A DNA stretch of 61,086 bases from a virus (IMGVR_UViG_3300028837_001401:1-61086); one strand, 5' to 3'; counted from the stretch's first letter, positions 49,283-58,996 are shown. The notes: a model not told the origin generated them from the sequence alone. Program-made: numbers and translations.

Positions 49283-49519
49283 TAACAAATTACACACGGA
49301 GGAAAACAAATGATGTCGGATCTTGGGTTGACTAAAGTGAGGCAGCAAAGAGGGTTCAGGCTCTCCCCTGACGAGGTTATGCCGTTGATCAATGCAATAA
49401 CCGGCCTGATGATAGATCCTGAACTGGATTCGAGTGTCCATTTTGGCGCAAAGGGTGAGGCTATCAAAGTTACACGTAAGGGTGAATATTTCGAGTTACT
49501 CCGGAGAGGTGAGTAAAAA

Positions 49520-49756
49520 ATGGGTTTACTGCTTTATATCATTGTGGGTGGCGTATTTGCCATTCTGGGGTATTTGACAAAGATAGTGAAGGACGCGAGA
49601 AAGAAGTTGAAAAAAGAGGATGAAATACCTGAGAAATACCAAACAGGTCGCTGGGAGACGGATCTGGGTAATGGTAGGAAAAGGATCACAAGGCGGATAA
49701 ACATAAATGACTTGGTGGATAACCCTGAACTGGCAAAAACTCTATTTGAGGACTAA
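49520..49756 (+). CDS. small membrane-anchored hypothetical protein
   Basis: N-terminal hydrophobic helix. Confidence 0.55.
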   Translation: MGLLLYIIVGGVFAILGYLTKIVKDARKKLKKEDEIPEKYQTGRWETDLGNGRKRITRRININDLVDNPELAKTLFED

Positions 49757-49919
49757 TAATGATTGACTTTTATTTCTATTCAACACACGCACTGTTTGCC
49801 CGTGTGAATACAGGACATTTATTTCCTTATGCAGATCCAGCGGATCTGCGCGAACAGGTGGATTCACCTGTATTGGATGCCGAAGGAAGGAAAGAGCTTT
49901 TTCTGTCTGGAGGAGAAAG

Positions 49920-51269
49920 ATGGCTAATGTCTTACTCGTGAATATGGTGATCCGAGAATTTGCCCCGCCGAATAACGTTCCATTGGGGCCTTGCTACATC
50001 GCCTCGTATCTGGAGAGTCATGGGCACAGGGTGGATATATGCGACCTGAACGGGTTGAGATGGATCGACCAGAGACGTGAGAAATGGCTCAGCGAGACGG
50101 TGAAGGGCAAGAAATATGACTTTGTGGGTCTTTCGGGTCTCATAGTGACAGCGAAGGAGCACAGGCGTGTTCTGGACTTCCTATATGAGATCAAGAGAGA
50201 ACTCGGAGATCCTTTCTTTGTAGCAGGTGGGGGTCTTGCGACGAGTGTACCTCAGTTTGTGTTCCAGTACCTCCCTGAGATCGACATAGTGGCTATCGGC
50301 GAGGGTGAGGAGACCATGCTGGACATCGCTGATGGGATGGACTGGGAGGACATACCAGGTATTTGGTGGAAACACCCCCCTGATGAGGTGTATGTCAAGA
50401 ACTCTCCACGGCCTTTCATTGGGGATCTGGACAGCCTCCCGTTTCCAGCATGGGACAAAGTTCCCGTCGATAAGGTGTATGTGGGACACCCGATCTGGGG
50501 TGGTATTGTGAAGAACTCCAGCGGGATCAACTACAAAGCAAAGAAGTCGATGAACACAGTGGTCAGCCGTGGATGCCCGTATGAATGCGGATTCTGTGCT
50601 CATGGTGTCATCTGGGGGAAGCGATACAGAATGCGGTCGCCTGGGAATGTTATCGCCGAGATGCGGGAGTTAAAGCGGCGGTATGGGATCGACTTTGTGG
50701 GCTTCGTTGACGATAACACAACGGCGATCAGGCGATGGACTATGGAGTTCTGTGATCAGCTAATCGACTCTGGGCTGGACATCAAGTGGGGGTGTTCTGC
50801 CCGTGTGAATGCCGTCGATCCTGAGATGCTCAAGTTGATGAAACAGGCGGGTTGTGAATGGATAGGATACGGTGTTGAGTCGGCGTGTCAGAAGACGCTG
50901 GATGCAATGAATAAGCAGACGACTCCTGAGATGGCAGCGAGAGCGATCAGGTGGACACGAGAAGCGGGGATGTGGGCGAATACTACATATATAATAGGAT
51001 ACGAGGGAGAGACTGAGGAAGACTTCAAACAGACAGCGGATTTCATGATAGATAATAAAGCCGTCAACTCGGTATTCTACGCCACGGCGTATCCGGGCAC
51101 ACCATTCTACGAGCGAAACAAAGAGAAGATCCTAGAGGTCTATGGGAGTGAGAAGGAATACATATTGAGTCTGGGCGATGCGACGGAGTTCACTGTCAAT
51201 TTCTCTGAGATGTCCACGGAACGGATGAAGGAACTCCGTGCAAAAGCGATGGCGGGAGAGAGAATATGA
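49920..51269 (+). CDS. B12-binding radical SAM enzyme
   Basis: PLG..YIASYL, AGGG, GEGEET, SRGCPYECGFC, FVDDN, YGVES. Confidence 0.92.
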   Translation: MANVLLVNMVIREFAPPNNVPLGPCYIASYLESHGHRVDICDLNGLRWIDQRREKWLSETVKGKKYDFVGLSGLIVTAKEHRRVLDFLYEIKRELGDPFFVAGGGLATSVPQFVFQYLPEIDIVAIGEGEETMLDIADGMDWEDIPGIWWKHPPDEVYVKNSPRPFIGDLDSLPFPAWDKVPVDKVYVGHPIWGGIVKNSSGINYKAKKSMNTVVSRGCPYECGFCAHGVIWGKRYRMRSPGNVIAEMRELKRRYGIDFVGFVDDNTTAIRRWTMEFCDQLIDSGLDIKWGCSARVNAVDPEMLKLMKQAGCEWIGYGVESACQKTLDAMNKQTTPEMAARAIRWTREAGMWANTTYIIGYEGETEEDFKQTADFMIDNKAVNSVFYATAYPGTPFYERNKEKILEVYGSEKEYILSLGDATEFTVNFSEMSTERMKELRAKAMAGERI

Positions 51270-51772
51270 GACTAGAGAACTGGTGGGCTGTGTATCAAGC
51301 GGGGTGGTTTTTCATCAGGATAGAGGTGGAGCCGAATCCCATACAACACGGGGCAACTGTCAGGATGGACACCAAGGTAAAAACATGGATCGACAGAAAA
51401 CTGTATATCAAATACCTCATTCTTGGCAAAATCATGAGGTTTTTGGGTTTTTCGTTTGTTCTGCAGCCGAGGCAGATTGACGGGTCAAGCTACCGATGGA
51501 GTGAGGAGTCGGTGGGAGAGCTATACTATGATCTTTGATATGAGCAGGGACATCCGACATACTGGTGAGCATGAGGGTCTCTGGACAGGAAACGAGAGGG
51601 GGCATTCTCTATGCGATCATCCCGCGATGGAGGATCTCAGGGAACTGAGAGAGCTGAGGGGCAGGATGGAGAAGATCCGTGAGGCGGTGTCGAGTCTCTG
51701 GCAGATCAGCAAGAAGATAGATGATAAAGAGGTTCAGCATCAAGTGCAGTCAATTCTTTCGAGGATCGGGAA

Positions 51773-52273
51773 ATGAATGAGATTCGAGCGATATGTTCAG
51801 ATGTTGATGGAGTGCTCACTGATGGTGGGTACATATACATGCCTGTCAAGAGCCGTGGTTTCGATGGGCAGGTTGCCATAGGCAAGAAATTCAACTCCCG
51901 TGATGCTGCCGCAGCCAAGGTCTGGAGAGATGTGGGTAATGAGTTATTCATAGTGACAGCGGGTGATGATAATGTCACAAGGCAGAGGATGACACGATAC
52001 ACCCCGTATTGCTACTGGGGTCAGGTAGACAAAGCGGCAACGGTGTTAGAAATCAGCGAGACGTTTGACATCCCTGTCTCTCAGATGGCTTTCATCGGTG
52101 ACGATCATCTGGACATACCAGCCATGGTGGTCAAGGATCTGGGTCTCAAGGCATGTCCAGCGGATGCAGCAGCACGGGTGATGCGACTGGCGGATTATGT
52201 CTGTATGCGACCAGGTGGGAATGGTGCGCTGGCGGAATTGATAGAGCACCTTTTGTATCTTGATATGGGGTAA
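51773..52273 (+). CDS. KdsC/YrbI-family HAD phosphatase (KDO-8-P / nonulosonate-9-P phosphatase)
   Basis: DVDGVLTDG, KFNSRD, FIGDD..DI, CPADA, GGNGA. Confidence 0.9.
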   Translation: MNEIRAICSDVDGVLTDGGYIYMPVKSRGFDGQVAIGKKFNSRDAAAAKVWRDVGNELFIVTAGDDNVTRQRMTRYTPYCYWGQVDKAATVLEISETFDIPVSQMAFIGDDHLDIPAMVVKDLGLKACPADAAARVMRLADYVCMRPGGNGALAELIEHLLYLDMG

Positions 52274-52287
52274 TAAATAGGAGACGG

Positions 52288-53007
52288 ATGCCTAGAAAGA
52301 AAGACCCCAAGAAAAAATATACAACGCAATGCTTAAATTGTGGGACAGATATTGAAGGCTGGGTTTGCCGCCCACGAAAATTCTGCTCTTTATCATGCAG
52401 CACTGCATATCGAAATAGGGGATCGGTATGTAGCGAAGAAACCAAAAGAAAAATCGGAGAGGCTAATAAAGGGCGTTTAATAGGGAAACAAAATCCTTCC
52501 CAACGACCCGAAGTCAGGAAAAAAATAAGCCTGGCGCTTAAAGGACGAGAAACGCCGTGGAATTATAAGCAGAGAGGGGTTAAGCGTCCACAGACTTCGC
52601 GGGCTTTGGTCAAAGCCTATAAGGACGGCAGAGCAAGAATTGACAAGTCTGCTTGGGGAGCGGGGGGTTATAGAGAAGATTTGGGTCAATATTTTAGAAG
52701 TAGGTGGGAAGCGAATTTTGCAAGGATATTGTCTCTTTGGGGGTTAAGTTGGCAATACGAACCTGCTATTTTCTTGCTAGATATTTCGGGTGTGGAGTAT
52801 ACATATCGCCCTGATTTTTATTTACCCAACGAAGGGCATTACTATGAAGTCAAGGGTTACTGGACAAATATTGCAAAGAAGAAGTTTGAAGCATTTAGCA
52901 AGAAACACGATGTAACATTGATTGATCAAGAAAAATATACAGAATTGGCATCTTTGTTTAGAAGCAAAATACCCAATTGGGAGAATAGCGATGGACACCC
53001 TTATTGA
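52288..53007 (+). CDS. free-standing homing-type endonuclease (Zn-finger, NUMOD3, PD-(D/E)XK)
   Basis: CLNC...FCSLSC, SEETKRKIGEANKG, FRSRWEANFA, YRPDF...EVKGY; visibly AT-richer. Confidence 0.8.
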   Translation: MPRKKDPKKKYTTQCLNCGTDIEGWVCRPRKFCSLSCSTAYRNRGSVCSEETKRKIGEANKGRLIGKQNPSQRPEVRKKISLALKGRETPWNYKQRGVKRPQTSRALVKAYKDGRARIDKSAWGAGGYREDLGQYFRSRWEANFARILSLWGLSWQYEPAIFLLDISGVEYTYRPDFYLPNEGHYYEVKGYWTNIAKKKFEAFSKKHDVTLIDQEKYTELASLFRSKIPNWENSDGHPY

Positions 53008-53857
53008 AAGAGATCTTATTATGGTGGCTGAAGCAGGAATAAATCATGGAGGAAAACTGGAGACGGCACTGGAACTGATCAGCCTGGCGAAGTGGGCAGG
53101 GTTCGATTACGTGAAGTTCCAGAAACGTGATCCGTTATTGTATCCTGAGAAGCCGTATAACTCCCCGCTCTTGGGGCAGACGACTTACAGGAAGCACAAG
53201 CAGTTTTTGGAGTTGAGTTATCAGGATTATGAGGCAATCGACGTCTACTGTAAGGAGATCGGGATCGAATGGTTCGCATCTGTGTTTGACAAGCCCTCCG
53301 TGGACTTTATGAAGGTGTTCAACCCACCGTTCTGGAAACTGCCCTCACCGGCGATATTTAACAAAGATCTGGTGAGGTATGTTGCAGAGCAGGGTGGGAA
53401 AGTGATCATGAGCACAGGTATGTCCGAACTTCCCGAAGTTATCCGTGCGGTGAACATTCTCAGGGCGTATGGGAAGCATGAGGGAGACTGGTTGTATATT
53501 CTCCACTGTTGTTCCGAATACAAGACGCCGAAAGAGCATGTGAACTTGAATTATATCCCCACGTTGGTGAAGCTGTTTCCTTATGCAAGGGTCGGATACT
53601 CCAGCCACGATGCGGGTGTGCCCTTCTCGGTGGGTGCGGTAGCGAAGGGTGCGGAAATGATCGAGGTGCATGTAACACTTGACAGGACAATGAAGGGATC
53701 GGATCACAAGGCTTCACTTGAGCGGGAGGAGATAGAACGGGTAGTGAGGCATTGTCAAGACACGTATATTGCCCTTGGTGATGGTGATGTGAAGCACTTC
53801 TACCCAGAGGAGAAGCGGATCAGGGAAAAAGTGATGCAAACAGCGGGGAGCAAGTAA
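52991..53857 (+). CDS. neuB: nonulosonic acid (N-acetylneuraminate-type) synthase lacking the C-terminal AFP/SAF domain
   Basis: AEAGINHGG, VKFQKR, WFASVFD, IMSTGM, LHC.S.Y, GYSSHD, IEVHVTLDR...GSDH.ASL. Confidence 0.93.
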   Translation: MDTLIERDLIMVAEAGINHGGKLETALELISLAKWAGFDYVKFQKRDPLLYPEKPYNSPLLGQTTYRKHKQFLELSYQDYEAIDVYCKEIGIEWFASVFDKPSVDFMKVFNPPFWKLPSPAIFNKDLVRYVAEQGGKVIMSTGMSELPEVIRAVNILRAYGKHEGDWLYILHCCSEYKTPKEHVNLNYIPTLVKLFPYARVGYSSHDAGVPFSVGAVAKGAEMIEVHVTLDRTMKGSDHKASLEREEIERVVRHCQDTYIALGDGDVKHFYPEEKRIREKVMQTAGSK

Positions 53858-54237
53858 TGGCGAAGACTACACAAACACAGTTTAAGTATTTCCAGAAGTG
53901 TTGTGACGAATATATTGAGTTTTTCGGTCTGAAGAACTGGACGATATATTACCAATTATACGATTTCGAGGATCGTAGCCTTGCCGAGGTGCACTGGAAA
54001 ATCCCCGGCAATGTCGCGACGATATATTTAGCCGCACAGGATGATAGCGACGTCGCCCCCTTTACAATGGAGCAGTTAAGAGCGACGGCACTACACGAGA
54101 TTGTCCACCTTGTCTTAACACCGCTATATGATTGTGCGACAAACAGATACACTTCAGAGACAGAAGTAGATACCGCTTGTGAGCAAGCGGTTAGAAATAT
54201 TTGCAATGTAATCACGTTTCCGAGGGCAAAGAAATGA
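53857..54237 (+). CDS. putative zincin-like metallopeptidase
   Basis: ALHEIVH (HExxH) with downstream E. Confidence 0.55.
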   Translation: MAKTTQTQFKYFQKCCDEYIEFFGLKNWTIYYQLYDFEDRSLAEVHWKIPGNVATIYLAAQDDSDVAPFTMEQLRATALHEIVHLVLTPLYDCATNRYTSETEVDTACEQAVRNICNVITFPRAKK

Positions 54238-54692
54238 TCATAGCAGTTGACTTTGACGGGACGTTTATAGAGAAACCAATCAGGTACACGGATCTAATCA
54301 CACAGTTGAGGCGGGCCGGGAATGTGGTGGGCATCCTTACGGGCCGCACGATGTGGACACAAGGAAGCGATGAGGAGATCCTTGCCCATTACAGGTGTCG
54401 GGTAGATTTCTTCTGGAACACGGGTCTCTTGAACAGGTACGAGCTGGAGATCTGTGACTGGATAAGCGACGAGAAAATAAGCATGGAGAGGGATCTGGTT
54501 ATCTCTATGTTTAAGGCGCGGATATGTAAAGAGCGGAGGGTTGCGATCCTTATAGACGATGCAGCCGACAAGATCAGGATGTTCGACTGTGGGGAGACTA
54601 TCGTTTTGAAGAGCCCGACGGAGTTCAACAAGGTTGTGCCGAGGTGGGAAAACCACCTCTTGACATACAACGAAGAGGGTCAGGAACTATGA
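54234..54692 (+). CDS. HAD-superfamily phosphatase
   Basis: IAVDFDGT, LTGR, K, LIDD. Confidence 0.82.
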   Translation: MIIAVDFDGTFIEKPIRYTDLITQLRRAGNVVGILTGRTMWTQGSDEEILAHYRCRVDFFWNTGLLNRYELEICDWISDEKISMERDLVISMFKARICKERRVAILIDDAADKIRMFDCGETIVLKSPTEFNKVVPRWENHLLTYNEEGQEL

Positions 54693-55372
54693 GAGCACTT
54701 CCAGAAAAGGGTTTGATTGTATCGTGCTATTTGGAGAGCATGAGATACTGCGAGAGGGACTTCATTTCAGCCGTGGCGCACGTTCCCGGTGTGGTGGGTC
54801 TCCGGGTGGAGGGCCTGGAAAACATCGAGTTTGCCCGTAGGATCGCTCCTGAAAAGTTCATTATCGGACTGGTGAAGGTAAAGCAGGGAGCGAATGGGAC
54901 TGCCATCACTCCGAGTCTTGAAGATGGGTATAATGTGCATCATGCAGGGGCGGACATGATAGCCACAAGCCATCTCCTGGAGTGGACACACCCGCTGGGT
55001 GGTGAAATATGCACCCCGCACGGTTTCGCCGTGCCGTTCAGGATAATGGCGGACATGAGTGGGGAGACGTTCAGGGAACTCTGTGAGCGGAGTGAATTGC
55101 TCCTGGCATCTTTCCGGAGGGAGATAGACGAGAGAAATCTGGTGTTTGCGACAACGTTTGAAGACTATGGGATCGGGTTGTTACAGAACATCAAAAAGGC
55201 GTTTCCCTGTGCTCTGGTGAATCTGGAGGGCGGGGTCTGGAATCCTGAGATGCTAGTGGACGCCTTCCGCCATGGTGCGGATTATGTGACAATCGGGAAG
55301 GCGATCAATGATCCGAGGTTCATCACGGAGATGCTTGTGAGCGAATGTAACAGGATGATAGCGGGTGAATAG
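54689..55372 (+). CDS. nanE: N-acetylmannosamine-6-phosphate 2-epimerase-like protein
   Basis: GLIVSC, GLRVEG..NI, IIGLVK, ITPS, AGADMIA, IMAD, EGG, V.IGKAI. Confidence 0.8.
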   Translation: MRALPEKGLIVSCYLESMRYCERDFISAVAHVPGVVGLRVEGLENIEFARRIAPEKFIIGLVKVKQGANGTAITPSLEDGYNVHHAGADMIATSHLLEWTHPLGGEICTPHGFAVPFRIMADMSGETFRELCERSELLLASFRREIDERNLVFATTFEDYGIGLLQNIKKAFPCALVNLEGGVWNPEMLVDAFRHGADYVTIGKAINDPRFITEMLVSECNRMIAGE

Positions 55373-55821
55373 GATGAGATCATACAGCAGCATGGAGAAA
55401 ATTGAAAAAGATTTTTTCCCTTCCCTGTTTCGGGAAAGGGAATTGAGGCTCATGAGAGAGAATCCAGGAGAATGGGGCCGCCGACTGGCGCGGAAGCATT
55501 TGGAGGCGCTCAGAGAGGCGTTCAGAGAGGCGGGGTGAGGTGACACAATGTCCCGAATAGAACACACCTGTGGAGGCACACCACATATTGCCTACTTTGA
55601 CCGGCAGATGTTGGGTTTCAAGCACTTTGAGATGATTCGAGATTTTGGCGACATTCTGCCGAAGATACGGATCAGAACAAAGAGGGGCAGAGGGCTAACC
55701 TTTTGGGGTCGCACGGTCGCAAAGCAATATAATATTGAGACCCAGAAGCGAGAAGATAGATTAGTCGAGGTAGTGATCTGTTTACCGGGGTTTTTGATTA
55801 CTTACCAAGTGAGGTGATAGT

Positions 55822-56172
55822 ATGGCGAAAAGACGTTTCAAGTTAGGGACAGCAGGCGGACATGGTGGAGTTGGGTGGATAGGAAAGAAGTATTATGATG
55901 AGTCATGTGTGGTGGAATTGGATGAGGACGTTCCCGAAGAGATGGAGCAGATCAGGCTACTGGAGCGAGCGGGCTCCGTGGTTTCGGAGATAGATGCGTC
56001 CGAGGGTGTTGCTCCTCCGGAGGAGGAAATTCCACTGCCTGAGTTGGATGACATGAGCATCAATGAGCTTCGGAAGTTTGGCAGGTCGAATGCTCTCCCT
56101 GTGACAAATTCCATGAAAAAGGATGAGCTGATCGAGTTGATCCGTGGGGGTCTAACACAAGAGGGAAGTTAA
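55822..56172 (+). CDS. head-region protein with C-terminal Rho-N/HeH-like domain
   Basis: LDDMSINELRKF......MKKDELIELI. Confidence 0.7.
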   Translation: MAKRRFKLGTAGGHGGVGWIGKKYYDESCVVELDEDVPEEMEQIRLLERAGSVVSEIDASEGVAPPEEEIPLPELDDMSINELRKFGRSNALPVTNSMKKDELIELIRGGLTQEGS

Positions 56173-57203
56173 TGAAAGTTCTGGGAGTAGGGCACTGGGG
56201 AGCGATAGGTGATCAGGTTTATGCCATCCCCGCATTAGCGGAATTGAGGAAGCATTATGTTTTCCTTGTTGGCTATTTGAAATGGAACAAAGGGATCACT
56301 GAGGAGATATTCAGGAACTCCGGGCTGTTTGACAAATACATCTGGCGCTACCCTGAGATGGATACATGGACGGTTGATCAGGAAAAAGCATACTTGCTTG
56401 AGGAGTTGATGGACGTGGATATGCACGATGAGGGATCGACGTTCATAAACTTCCGGAAGGTCGTTCCTGGTGTGTATATTCACCATGCGCGGTGGCCTTC
56501 TAAAGAAGACCCGGATCCGGGGTTCTGGTGGTCATACGAGAAAAAGCGGAACATGGCTTTTGACGTGAACTTTTTCGAGGTGTTTATGGAGTTTGCGGGT
56601 TTGAAGCCCCGGAAGGGTGCGAGACCGTTTTTTGTTACTGACTATGGGGAACGGGAGTGGCTGGACGGATTCAAGCACCGATACGGTATTCCCAGAGATG
56701 CCTTTCTGTTGATGTGGCAATGGGAGGGTAGTTCTATGATCAAGCAGTATCCGCACGTCCAGGACGCCCTCCTGCCAGTGATGGAGGCGCACGATGACAT
56801 ATATCTGATTGGTCTGGGAGACAAGAGAACACAAAACGTCTCCTGGAGAGGTGCGGGTGCGAGGTTCATCAACTTTGCAGGGCGTTTGAAGTGGCGACAG
56901 AGTATGTTACTGACGAGCATTGCCGACTGTTATGTGGGGCCTGAGACGGGCATCACTGTTGCGGCACAGGCGTTCCCACGGACGCCGAAGATATTACTTG
57001 CGACGCACACCTATGGGCATCACATCACCTGTGGGTCTGACACGGTTGTCATACAGTCAGAGGCGAAGTGCTCCCCCTGTTTCAACATTGTCGATGATTG
57101 CATCAGGGAGGGTGAGCATCCGTGGGCGATGTGTGTGGGAAAGATACCTCCTGAAAGGATAGCGGAGGAAATAGAGAAGGTCTACGAAAGGAGACGGGAT
57201 TAA
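56172..57203 (+). CDS. glycosyltransferase family 9 (heptosyltransferase-like)
   Basis: GAIGD....PAL..LRK, K.YP, ADCYVGPETG, CSPCF...C...C...IPPERI. Confidence 0.85.
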   Translation: MKVLGVGHWGAIGDQVYAIPALAELRKHYVFLVGYLKWNKGITEEIFRNSGLFDKYIWRYPEMDTWTVDQEKAYLLEELMDVDMHDEGSTFINFRKVVPGVYIHHARWPSKEDPDPGFWWSYEKKRNMAFDVNFFEVFMEFAGLKPRKGARPFFVTDYGEREWLDGFKHRYGIPRDAFLLMWQWEGSSMIKQYPHVQDALLPVMEAHDDIYLIGLGDKRTQNVSWRGAGARFINFAGRLKWRQSMLLTSIADCYVGPETGITVAAQAFPRTPKILLATHTYGHHITCGSDTVVIQSEAKCSPCFNIVDDCIREGEHPWAMCVGKIPPERIAEEIEKVYERRRD

Positions 57204-57207
57204 AAAA

Positions 57208-57498
57208 ATGGATCGGGAAGTTCAACAGATGACCACGATCATGGTTTCGTGTGCAGCGGCAAGCACGCAATACACCAAGCTCTTGCCGACGGGTGTAAAG
57301 ACACTGAGGATGCAGGCGAGAGACAAGGCGGACGAGATCTGGTTTGGGTTTTCTTCGACGCCTGTGACGGGGAATGTGAGACACACCCTCCGAGCGAGTG
57401 AAGTGATCGAATTGGATAACTTGTATTTCGACAAAGCGACATTATTTTACGCATCTCCAGCGACTCATGCGATACTGGAGATACTAGCGGGGAGATAA
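57208..57498 (+). CDS. hypothetical protein, possibly virion-associated
   Basis: position in the morphogenesis module; Thr-rich beta-type sequence. Confidence 0.5.
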   Translation: MDREVQQMTTIMVSCAAASTQYTKLLPTGVKTLRMQARDKADEIWFGFSSTPVTGNVRHTLRASEVIELDNLYFDKATLFYASPATHAILEILAGR

Positions 57499-57500
57499 GA

Positions 57501-57725
57501 GTGGATATAAACAGGGATATAAACAGGGATATAAACAGGGAAAAGTTGATACTGATTCCGGGTAAAGGTCAGCAGAAGGTTGGCGACGTGGAAGACAGGG
57601 TGAACAAAGCACAAAGGGAGATTGACGCAATACTGAAGAAATACGATGTCAGTCTTCACGGGGTGATCCAGTTCATCACCCCTAACGTTCATGTCGTTCC
57701 AGAAGTGGAAGAGCAAAAGCTATAA
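57501..57725 (+). CDS. hypothetical protein with DINR x3
   Basis: 12-bp unit GGATATAAACAG x3 at 57503-57538. Confidence 0.55.
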   Translation: MDINRDINRDINREKLILIPGKGQQKVGDVEDRVNKAQREIDAILKKYDVSLHGVIQFITPNVHVVPEVEEQKL

Positions 57726-57739
57726 GGATAGGGATATAA

Positions 57740-58546
57740 ATGGCAAGGTCAGAGATGGCATGGCTCATAGCGGACGTCAGGAATAAGGTTCGTGACTCGG
57801 AGGCGGAGGAGTTCGACCCCGGAGTGTATTATCCTGGTGACACGATCCGACTGGAGCAGCAGTTCAGGAATTTGGGATCGGTCGCCGCTGTGGTGAGTAA
57901 TGCGGTGGCAAAAATATGGTCTCCTGGTGGTGTGGTGAAGGTTACAGCAGCGACGTGTGTAGCAAGCACAGCCACAGGGATGGTATATTATGACTTTGTG
58001 TCTTCGCAGGGCATGTCAAACGGTGTGTGGCGTGTGCAGCATACGGGTTCTGTGAGCACGACAGTCAGGAGATACTCCACGGACTTCGAGATTCTGAAGC
58101 GGCAGCGGATATTTACAGACGATGAGATCCAGATCGCTCTTGACAGGAATTGTGTCTATGTAGGTCTGGAGGACAGGGAACTCCTGAAACATAATCCTGG
58201 ATACACCAAGTACATTTCGGAGTTTGGTGACTTCGAGTGGGTGACGATATACGACGGCACATCCAGCACATCGGGTGAAGTGACACCCACGACATCTGAT
58301 CTGATCAAGGGAGTATTCACCTTTTCTAGCAGGCAGGCAGGAAACCTGTTCCTGGAGGGCGAGTCGTATAATCCGTATGTTGCCGCTGCTGAGTTACTGG
58401 AGGAACTTGCCGCTGATCCGAATCGGTCGTGGAACTGGCACCGGGGTACAATAGGGCACCAGGCGATAGATCCATTGGAGCTTGCGAGGCGGTTAAGAAG
58501 TACGCATCAGAACGCCAAGAGTGTCCAGTTAGTGAGGACGTATTAA
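57740..58546 (+). CDS. probable head-tail adaptor with an inserted Ig-like domain
   Basis: LIADVRNKVRD ... IFTDDEIQIALD ... YVAAAELLEELAA flank a beta-rich GDTIRL domain. Confidence 0.65.
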   Translation: MARSEMAWLIADVRNKVRDSEAEEFDPGVYYPGDTIRLEQQFRNLGSVAAVVSNAVAKIWSPGGVVKVTAATCVASTATGMVYYDFVSSQGMSNGVWRVQHTGSVSTTVRRYSTDFEILKRQRIFTDDEIQIALDRNCVYVGLEDRELLKHNPGYTKYISEFGDFEWVTIYDGTSSTSGEVTPTTSDLIKGVFTFSSRQAGNLFLEGESYNPYVAAAELLEELAADPNRSWNWHRGTIGHQAIDPLELARRLRSTHQNAKSVQLVRTY

Positions 58547-58612
58547 GTGGCTGTGTCCGAGTTGACCAAAGGAAGCGGGCTGTAAACCCGTACCAAATAG
58601 AGGGGAACGCCA

Positions 58613-58996
58613 ATGGGCCTGAAACGACACAAATACAGATTCCCAAAGATGAAACTGCGGGTGAATTATGAATACGTGCTGATCGAGAGAAAGAGTCTCG
58701 GTGCTCCCGATGATTTTGGTAACAGAGATGTTACATGGATCACTGTGTCCAGCAACACGAGGGCAGACATTACCCCAGTAACAATGATGTCGGGACAGCA
58801 ACTACGTTTATTTGAGATTGGTCTTGTGAAGTTAAGCTCTCATCACATGATTGTGGAGCCTGGCACAGACATAAAAGTTCGGGACAGAGTAACAGACGCT
58901 GAGGACAATGTCTGGAACGTCAATGAGGTGATGAATATTCAGGGGAGTCACAAAGAGGCATTACTTGTGACTTGGGAGGACAATCAGAGTGCGTAA
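58613..58996 (+). CDS. head-closure (SPP1 gp16-like) protein
   Basis: DDFGN...W, DIKVRDRV, WNVNEV...H.E; position. Confidence 0.72.
   Translation: MGLKRHKYRFPKMKLRVNYEYVLIERKSLGAPDDFGNRDVTWITVSSNTRADITPVTMMSGQQLRLFEIGLVKLSSHHMIVEPGTDIKVRDRVTDAEDNVWNVNEVMNIQGSHKEALLVTWEDNQSA

Noticed and set aside
55796-55818. Fifth copy of the 21-bp palindrome
   Set aside because: Only the left half (TTACTTA) matches and it lies inside a coding region
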